The position numbers and the translations under genes are program-made. The notes under the pieces were generated by a model that had not been told where the DNA came from, made no database searches, and saw only the letters and a program-made list of their open reading frames with translations. A DNA stretch of 64,000 nt from Bacteroidales bacterium (GTDB lineage Bacteria; Bacteroidota; Bacteroidia; Bacteroidales; SZUA-534): NCBI GenBank assembly GCA_046704385.1, contig JBJKSB010000021.1:145269-209268 (forward strand). The letters run 5' to 3'. How positions within the stretch are numbered: position 1 is the first letter of the stretch; each line of letters opens with the position of its first letter. This document shows positions 36,691 to 42,365 of this stretch, piece by piece.

Positions 36691-37008
36691 ATGGCAATTC
36701 ACGTTACTGATGCAGATTTTGATGAAATGGTACTAAAATCTGATGTACCTGTAATGGTTGATTTTTGGGCTGAATGGTGCGGCCCGTGTAAAATGATTGC
36801 ACCTATTGTTGAGGAACTTTCTGCCGAATACGAAGGGAGAGCTAAAATGGTGAAACTAGATGTTGATAATAATTCAGGAACAGCCATGAAATTTGGTATC
36901 CGTAACATCCCTACTTTATTGTTTTTTAAAGAGGGCGAAGTTGTTGATAAACAGGTTGGAGTAGTTGCCAAAGCTACCCTGGCTGAAAAATTAGGAAAAT
37001 TATTATAA
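36691..37008 (+). CDS. trxA: Thioredoxin
   Basis: 105 aa with the WAEWCGPCK active site and IRNIPTLLFFK.GE. Confidence 0.96.
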   Translation: MAIHVTDADFDEMVLKSDVPVMVDFWAEWCGPCKMIAPIVEELSAEYEGRAKMVKLDVDNNSGTAMKFGIRNIPTLLFFKEGEVVDKQVGVVAKATLAEKLGKLL

Positions 37009-37033
37009 CAAATTATAGTTAAATATTCTGTAG

Positions 37034-37066
37034 TCCGGTAGTTTTAATAATTACCGGATTTTTTTG
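37034..37066 (+). terminator. Rho-independent terminator after trxA
   Basis: TCCGGTA-(11-nt loop)-TACCGGA hairpin followed by TTTTTTTG. Confidence 0.8.
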
Positions 37067-37273
37067 TAATACATGAATAATAAGTGGCTTGAATGGCCAT
37101 AAAAATTATTAAAGTTTATGCTTGTACTAAAATAGTCTTGCATAATTCGTGTTAAATCGTGTAATTAGTAGCATAAACAATAATATGAAATAGCCATAGC
37201 AATAATTTGTATACCAACCGCAATGATTATTTATGGCCTATTTAATTTCATCATTAAAATAAATTATAAACAG

Positions 37274-38194
37274 ATGAAAACACTCCAGGAAATATTCAAT
37301 TTTGAAGAATTTGATAACCTGGAATGGGTTTCACGACAGGTGGTCGAAGGTTTTATTACCGGTTTACACCGAAGTCCGTATCACGGTTTTTCGGTTGAAT
37401 TTGCAGAACACCGGCTTTATAATTCCGGAGAAAGCACCAGACATATCGATTGGAAGCTTTTTGCTCGCACCGACCGTTTATTTGTTAAAAAATACGAGGA
37501 GGAAACCAATCTTCGTTGCATGATGGTACTCGACACTTCCTCATCCATGCTTTTCCCTTTTGGTGACCAATCAAAGGTAAACAAACTCAGTTTTTCAGTT
37601 TATTCCGCAGCTGCTTTAATTTATTTGTTGCGCCGTCAGCGCGATGCTGTCGGGCTAACCCTGTTTACCGATAAAATCGATTTTCAGTCGCAGGTAAAAT
37701 TATCTGAATCGCATAGCAAACTTTTGTATAGCGAATTGAACCAATGTTTGAATTCCTCGAAAGCTGATTTTGATAAAAAAACGAATATTTCTGAAACGCT
37801 GCATTTAATTGCAGAAAGTATCCACAAAAGATCTTTAGTGGTAATTTTTTCTGATTTTTTTAGCGACGACAATGAATCAATTTTTTCAGCCATCGAACAC
37901 TTGCGTTATAACAAACATGAGGTTATAGTTTTTCATGTTACTCATAAAAAGTTTGAACAGGAGCTGGGTTATAGTAACCGTCCTATCAAATTTGTGGATA
38001 TGGAAACCGGGGAAGAGATTAAATTAAATCCGAATGAAATACGAAGGGACTTTAGCCGGAACCTGGCCAAAAGGATGGATGAATTTAAATTGAAGTGCGG
38101 ACAATACCAGATAGATTTTAATGAAGCCGACGTTGAGGACGATTTCCGTAATGTACTAATTCCTTTTCTGGTAAAAAGGAAAGCGATGTCATAG
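37274..38194 (+). CDS. DUF58 (vWA-like) domain protein
   Basis: G.H.S...G.S.EF.EHR.Y..GD..R.IDWK..ARTD.L.VK.YEEE is the DUF58 signature. Start moved to MKTLQEIF at 37274. Confidence 0.85.
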   Translation: MKTLQEIFNFEEFDNLEWVSRQVVEGFITGLHRSPYHGFSVEFAEHRLYNSGESTRHIDWKLFARTDRLFVKKYEEETNLRCMMVLDTSSSMLFPFGDQSKVNKLSFSVYSAAALIYLLRRQRDAVGLTLFTDKIDFQSQVKLSESHSKLLYSELNQCLNSSKADFDKKTNISETLHLIAESIHKRSLVVIFSDFFSDDNESIFSAIEHLRYNKHEVIVFHVTHKKFEQELGYSNRPIKFVDMETGEEIKLNPNEIRRDFSRNLAKRMDEFKLKCGQYQIDFNEADVEDDFRNVLIPFLVKRKAMS

Positions 38195-38199
38195 ATTTG

Positions 38200-38410
38200 A
38201 ATCCTGTGAGCGCATTCCCCGTCAGTTTGCTGTGAGGGAATTTAATCGTGCTGTCCTTTCAGAGTAGGCTTTACAGCTTTCTTTATTGGTTGAACCTTTT
38301 GGGTTCAGATATGATTAGCCGGGGGTTTTAACCCCTGGGTTAAAGTCCCAAAGAGAAATCGTCGCAATCATCGAGTCACAATGAAGAACTAAATTTTCAT
38401 GCGACGAAAT
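38200..38410. repeat. Cluster of five consecutive short hairpins (GC-rich stems in AT-rich DNA), REP/MITE-like or a structured 3' UTR
   Basis: Stems: ATTCCC/GGGAAT (38214-38241), GCTGT/ACAGC (38250-38277), TGAACC/GGTTCA (38291-38307), CCGGGGG/CCCCTGG (38319-38338), TCGTCGCA/TGCGACGA (38359-38407). Confidence 0.55.
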
Positions 38411-38709
38411 CCTCTGGCCTATTTTTAATGATAGAATCTATATTCTTCATATTGTGTAATTTAAATTGCTAACCTGTCGGCAATTTCTGATTAGAATGAT
38501 TCCTTCAAATGGCGGAAGAAGGATACAAATACCTAATGTTTCTGCTTTAAAATATCCTGAGAATATAGAGTTGATTTTTAAATATTCATAAATTTCCACA
38601 AATCTGAGCTGATTAGTTTTTAATTTATTCATTTCAATTATTTACTAACCAACATTGATTATCATTGCTAATTTTCGTAATTTGGATACATCAACCAATA
38701 TTAAAAATT

Positions 38710-39840
38710 ATGAGCAGGAAAGTCGTGGTTTTGGGTGGCGGTTTGGTTGGAGGGACAGTAGCCATAGAGTTAAACAAACAATTTGCGGTTACCGTAGCTG
38801 ATATCAATGATAAAACTTTATCGAAACTTAAAAGATGTTTTGGTATCCAATGTGTGCAAACTGACGCTACCGACAAGAAAAAACTGGAACACCTTGTGGC
38901 GGATGCCGACCTGGTAATTGGCGCGGTGCCTGGTGAAATAGGTTACGACGTTGTAAAAAAAGTAATTGAGGCCGGCAAAAATATGGTTGATATTTCGTTT
39001 ATGCCCGAAGAAGTTCTCGATCTGGATGAAAGGGCAAAATACAAGAAGGTTAGTGTAGCTATCGATTGTGGGGTTGCTCCCGGAGTAAGTAACATGATAT
39101 TGGGTTATCACTATCCAAACATGAAAGTGGAACGATATGAATGTGTTGTTGGCGGATTGCCGGTATTGCGTGAGTGGCCCTGGCAATATAAGGCCGTTTT
39201 TTCACCGGCTGATGTAATCGAAGAATACGTTCGTCCGGCCCGTTTTATGGAAAATGGCAAGCAGGTAACCCGTGATGCACTCAGCGATCCAGAACTGATA
39301 AATTTTAAAAACATTGGCACCCTCGAAGCATGGAATTCCGATGGCTTACGCACTATGTTAAAGACTATGAAAGTGCCTAATATGATTGAAAAAACGCTGC
39401 GATACCCCGGAACCATTGAATATCTTCGGGTGCTGCGTGATAGCGGGTTCTTCTCGCAACAGGAAATTAAAGTAAATGGCATAAAAATAAAACCCATCGA
39501 TGTAACTACAAAATTGTTGATGCCCCTGTGGGAGTTGAGAAAAGGAGAAGAAGATTTTACAATAATGCGTTCAAAGGTTTTGGGTAAGAGTGGCAACGAG
39601 AGTATTGGATATGAATATTTAATTTATGATAAGTTCGACCAAAAATCGGGTTTACATTCTATGTCACGCACAACAGGTTATACCTGCACGGCGGTGGCTG
39701 AAGTTTTCCTTAGCGGTTCGTTTACCAAACACGGAATTATTCCACCTGAAGAACTTGCTCAGGTTAAAGGATTGTTTACGAACATTTTAAATTATTTGGA
39801 AGAACATGGGGTGGAGATAACTATTAACAGGTTGTATTGA
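38710..39840 (+). CDS. Saccharopine dehydrogenase family (NAD(P)-binding) protein
   Basis: Rossmann motif VVVLGGGLVGG. The overall layout, with C-terminal ...MSRTTGYTCTA, is typical of the saccharopine/carboxynorspermidine dehydrogenase family. Start moved to MSRKVV at 38710. Confidence 0.85.
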   Translation: MSRKVVVLGGGLVGGTVAIELNKQFAVTVADINDKTLSKLKRCFGIQCVQTDATDKKKLEHLVADADLVIGAVPGEIGYDVVKKVIEAGKNMVDISFMPEEVLDLDERAKYKKVSVAIDCGVAPGVSNMILGYHYPNMKVERYECVVGGLPVLREWPWQYKAVFSPADVIEEYVRPARFMENGKQVTRDALSDPELINFKNIGTLEAWNSDGLRTMLKTMKVPNMIEKTLRYPGTIEYLRVLRDSGFFSQQEIKVNGIKIKPIDVTTKLLMPLWELRKGEEDFTIMRSKVLGKSGNESIGYEYLIYDKFDQKSGLHSMSRTTGYTCTAVAEVFLSGSFTKHGIIPPEELAQVKGLFTNILNYLEEHGVEITINRLY

Positions 39841-39879
39841 AGTATTACTTATTTTTGAATTTGTATTTATTGGCTACTT

Positions 39880-39913
39880 AATTCACACTGGTCACGGAGT
39901 GAATTCTTTTTTT
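39880..39913 (+). terminator. Rho-independent terminator after the saccharopine dehydrogenase gene
   Basis: AATTCAC-(12 nt)-GTGAATT hairpin followed by CTTTTTTT. Confidence 0.75.
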
Positions 39914-39934
39914 AACAACAACTTTGCTATTTCT

Positions 39935-40008
39935 AAATTGTGGCTGAAATGATATATACACGCCATGACTACCAGCTTTTTGCACAAATTGTGGATCACT
40001 TGATATAT
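39935..40008 (+). repeat. Bipartite 23-bp direct repeat AAATTGTGG-N6-TGATATAT, two copies 51 bp apart
   Basis: Copy 1 is at 39935-39957 (spacer CTGAAA) and copy 2 at 39986-40008 (spacer ATCACT). The 9-mer and 8-mer are identical and the spacing is the same. Confidence 0.6.
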
Positions 40009-40091
40009 TAGGCGGAGTAGAAGCTATTCAAAATAGATTTTAGCCGATAAATATTGAAAATTGGATCATAAAATGAGCAATCCTGAAAGGA

Positions 40092-40292
40092 TTTAATCCA
40101 CCTGCCGGTGAGGCAGGTGAGAATAGCCCGTACGTAATGCGGGGTAAAGTATATTAACATATGTCAACCACATTTGTGGTTGACATTTTATAGTAAATAC
40201 TTCTCATTAATCCACTTCATGGTTTTATTGATGTAATGCCTGGACCCCGCACTGCGTAAGGGGCTATTCACGTTAAACCACTTCGTGGTTTT
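40092..40292. repeat. Hairpin/inverted-repeat cluster that includes a 149-nt element closed by a two-part inverted repeat
   Basis: CACCTGCC/GGCAGGTG hairpin (40099-40119). GAATAGCCC (40121-29) plus TGCGGGGT (40138-45) pair with ACCCCGCA (40244-51) plus GGGCTATTC (40261-69). TGTCAACCAC-ATTT-GTGGTTGACA hairpin (40162-85). 20-nt direct repeat TTAAnCCACTTCnTGGTTTT at 40207 and 40273. Confidence 0.6.
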
Positions 40293-40551
40293 TCATTAAA
40301 AACAAAATAATCAGAGTAAATTTTTAATTGAAAATCAAAATATAAATGGTGAAATATCTTACTTTACCTGCCAGTTTTAATGACCAGATATCTGGTCGAC
40401 TAATTTTTTGAAGTGATCCCAAATTGCTACAGGTTTTAAGGAGAAGGAACTCTCTAATAAATTTATTAAAAGTTTTGGAAATTCATAGATAGATATAATT
40501 TAAAGGAATAGGGGTGAAATTAACCATCCAAAGGTTTTCAATTAAATTAAA

Positions 40552-40714
40552 AAAATCCGGATGAACCATGGACTTTTCCCCGTTAGGGGCAATAGGGCGG
40601 TAAATAATCGGTCACAGTAACCCTTCCGCCCCAATTGGGGCGGGCGACTCCTAGGGTGACTAGTTTTACCGGGCTTTCGCACCCATGGCGCGAAAGTCAT
40701 GCGATTCGGATTTT
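40552..40714 (+). ncRNA. Candidate structured RNA (unknown class); strand not established
   Basis: ~160-nt GC-rich island in AT-rich ORF-free DNA. Closing helices are AAAATCCG/CGGATTTT and CATGGACTTT/AAAGTCATG. Internal hairpins are CCCC-GTTA-GGGG, CCGCCCC-AATT-GGGGCGG nested inside GTCA..CCCT/AGGGTGAC, and CTTTCGC-(9)-GCGAAAG. No Rfam family recognised by eye. Confidence 0.35.
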
Positions 40715-40828
40715 CCTATAAATTTGTTATACTCATGTAGGAAATTCCAAAAAGTTTAATTGTTTAATATTTTTTTCATGGTCATACTTAATGACTTTTA
40801 ATAAAAGCAGAAATTAAATTGTACTTTT

Positions 40829-40857
40829 TTGGTATATAGTTTTTTTTTTTACATTTG
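40829..40857 (+). promoter_or_regulatory. Candidate promoter (TTG -33 element, 18-nt spacer dominated by T11, TACATTTG -7 box) facing the 41099 gene
   Basis: TTG at 40829-31, homopolymer T11 at 40840-50, and a TAnnTTTG match at 40850-57. This would give a ~235-nt 5' UTR. Confidence 0.35.
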
Positions 40858-40945
40858 GTTTCAACCAAAATAATTGACATTTCTTAAGCAAAGATTTTAT
40901 TTAGATGATGCACCGATAAGGTGAGTATGTTATTTTGTTTAAATC

Positions 40946-40959
40946 AGAAAGGAGGTGAT
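40946..40959 (+). other. 14-nt perfect complement (AGAAAGGAGGTGAT) to the Bacteroidota 16S rRNA 3' tail, with no start codon behind it
   Basis: Reverse complement ATCACCTCCTTTCT equals the canonical 16S 3' end. The downstream sequence TTATAAATAAATAA has no ATG/GTG/TTG at SD spacing. Confidence 0.5.
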
Positions 40960-41098
40960 TTATAAATAAATAATTTGATTTTTTGATACTGATTATTGCC
41001 AGGCAAAAAAGGTATAGATGTTAAGAGAAATAAAAAAACCCTGAAAGTCCGGTTAAAAACAGTCAGGGAAAAGTTGAACTTTTTTTAAAATAAAAATT

Positions 41099-42301
41099 AT
41101 GAATAAAATACGAATTTGTTTATTGTTTGTTGCACTATTTGCAATAAGTTTTTGTTTATTTTCAAGTGCGAAAGCTGAAAATCCGAAAAAATCAATAGAG
41201 ACTTTATCACCTAAGGTAGTAGCTGGTGTTATGGTATTTGATAATAGGGAAGAAGCCTATGAATTGTTGGATGCTCTTTCAGAATTTTCAGATGAGGAAA
41301 TCTATGAATGGGAAAGTAAACTTGGTTTCCGATCGATGTTTGGGCTAATGCATGAAGTTGAGATGAATGATGAAAAATATTATCAAAATTATATTGATAA
41401 AGGATATTCAACTGATAAAATCATTGAAATGCTCAAAAGCGGTGATATCGAAAGGTATTCGCCGTTTACACGGCAATTGATTGCTCAGGGTGTATTAAAA
41501 TCTATTGTTGAAAAAGACGGATCTATGTTTTTAGATGTTGCAATTGAACCAAATTTTAACCTCCGTTTTGTTAATGTTGATGGTTTTTATGCCGTTGATG
41601 GAAAAATTTATCTTCAACAAAAAGAGAGTTTAAAAATAATAACGGATGGAGACTTTGCAAAAATTGGTGAATTGGACAATATAGTTGAATCTAATGAAGC
41701 AATGCAGGTTGAGGTAATGCACATGATCTCTCAAGATAATTCTAAAAGTGACCCTACAGGTACCCAATACAGAGGTGAAATAGATATAGTAGAGGGCACA
41801 GGCGATAATGGTGAATGTTGGGGATGCTATCAACTGTATAGTGTTGTCAGGCTTACCAGGTACTGGATCCGTTCCTTGTCAAGTGGTTGGTCAGGACAAG
41901 TTGAATTAAGCGTTAATAATGTAACCAGGAAAAGAAATTGGTGGCGACAATGGTATGTAGTAGATGATCAGAAAGCAATAGTGAATGGTTCTATAAGTAG
42001 GGGGCAGTCAGTGTATGTTGGGTGTAATGGGCAGGAACCAGAATATTCTGGGCAATATGGGACTAATGACAGAATAGTTAATAGGGAAATTTTTGAAAGT
42101 ATAATACTTTATACACATCATACCCCTGTAATTTCTAGTTGGTGTGATCCACTCACTGTTGGATTAGCTGATCAATACAGGATGGATTTAAGTGCAGTTC
42201 ATTTAGAAGTTGAAATGGACAGACCTGGAGATAATTATGAACCTTATATTTTATTGGATGCGGTTAATTGTGGAAGCTCCGAAGATATAGATATGAACTA
42301 G
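41099..42301 (+). CDS. Hypothetical secreted protein; helical acidic N-terminal half and Cys/Trp-rich C-terminal half
   Basis: Signal peptide (LFSSAKA/EN). No family recognised. The C-terminal half contains GECWGCYQLY, RYWIRSLSSGWSG, RNWWRQWYVVDD, VGCNG, SSWCD and VNCG. Confidence 0.7.
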   Translation: MNKIRICLLFVALFAISFCLFSSAKAENPKKSIETLSPKVVAGVMVFDNREEAYELLDALSEFSDEEIYEWESKLGFRSMFGLMHEVEMNDEKYYQNYIDKGYSTDKIIEMLKSGDIERYSPFTRQLIAQGVLKSIVEKDGSMFLDVAIEPNFNLRFVNVDGFYAVDGKIYLQQKESLKIITDGDFAKIGELDNIVESNEAMQVEVMHMISQDNSKSDPTGTQYRGEIDIVEGTGDNGECWGCYQLYSVVRLTRYWIRSLSSGWSGQVELSVNNVTRKRNWWRQWYVVDDQKAIVNGSISRGQSVYVGCNGQEPEYSGQYGTNDRIVNREIFESIILYTHHTPVISSWCDPLTVGLADQYRMDLSAVHLEVEMDRPGDNYEPYILLDAVNCGSSEDIDMN

Positions 42302-42325
42302 TTTTTATCAATTGAAAAATTATAA

Positions 42326-42352
42326 AAGTATGGCTCTAAGTGAGCCATACTT
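42326..42352 (+). terminator. Strong hairpin between the hypothetical gene and the TonB receptor gene; no T-run, so an attenuator or processing site rather than a classical terminator
   Basis: AAGTATGGCTC-TAAGT-GAGCCATACTT, a perfect 11-bp stem, followed by CAATTAG. Confidence 0.4.
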
Positions 42353-42365
42353 CAATTAGATTTAT

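Noticed and set aside
38447-38632. 61-aa minus-strand ORF (MNKLKTNQLRFVEIYEYLK...) in the gap upstream of the saccharopine dehydrogenase gene.
   Set aside because: It has no recognisable motif, signal peptide or TM segment, and no promoter box in front of it. Its AT-rich codon content is typical of chance ORFs in this genome. Confidence is too low to list it as a gene.
40121-40269. A bona fide MITE insertion with target-site duplication.
   Set aside because: The inverted repeats are clear, but the immediately flanking bases (…GGTGA | … | ACGTT…) show no direct duplication. I kept it as a finding without calling it a mobile element.
39935-40300. Chromosomal replication origin (oriC), suggested by about eight DnaA-box-like CCAC/GTGG motifs (for example TGTGGATCA, TTAATCCAC) and nearby AT-rich DNA.
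   Set aside because: No perfect TTATCCACA box is present. Most of the motifs are simply the stems of hairpins. Genes on both sides, including dnaE and trxA upstream, are on the plus strand, so there is no orientation switch. No dnaA or dnaN is nearby. Whole-chromosome GC-skew would be needed to reopen this.
40552-40714. Known riboswitch or ribozyme classes for the GC-rich island: cobalamin, TPP, ykkC/guanidine, ZTP, c-di-GMP, fluoride, hammerhead, twister.
   Set aside because: I could not find the diagnostic conserved cores by eye (B12 box, CTGAGA...ACCTGATCTGGATAATGCCAGCG, GCTAGGGTTCCG, GGGTCGTGAC...CCGCCTGGGC, CUGAUGA and so on). The only promoter-like sequence lies downstream of the element, so it is not obviously in the leader of the next gene. 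A cmsearch is still needed.
40946-40959. That the 14-mer is a relic fragment of a 16S rRNA gene on the minus strand.
   Set aside because: Identity to the 16S 3' end stops exactly at 14 nt. The flanking sequence (…TTTATAA|ATCACCTCCTTTCT|GATTTAAAC…) has no resemblance to helix 45 or to an ITS.
41037-41070. CCCTGAAAGTCCGG resembles the RNase P RNA CR-I motif (GAGGAAAGTCCGG).
   Set aside because: It is only the 5' arm of a simple CCCTGA/TCAGGG hairpin 40 nt upstream of an ORF. None of the other RNase P conserved regions, nor the ~350-nt architecture, is present.
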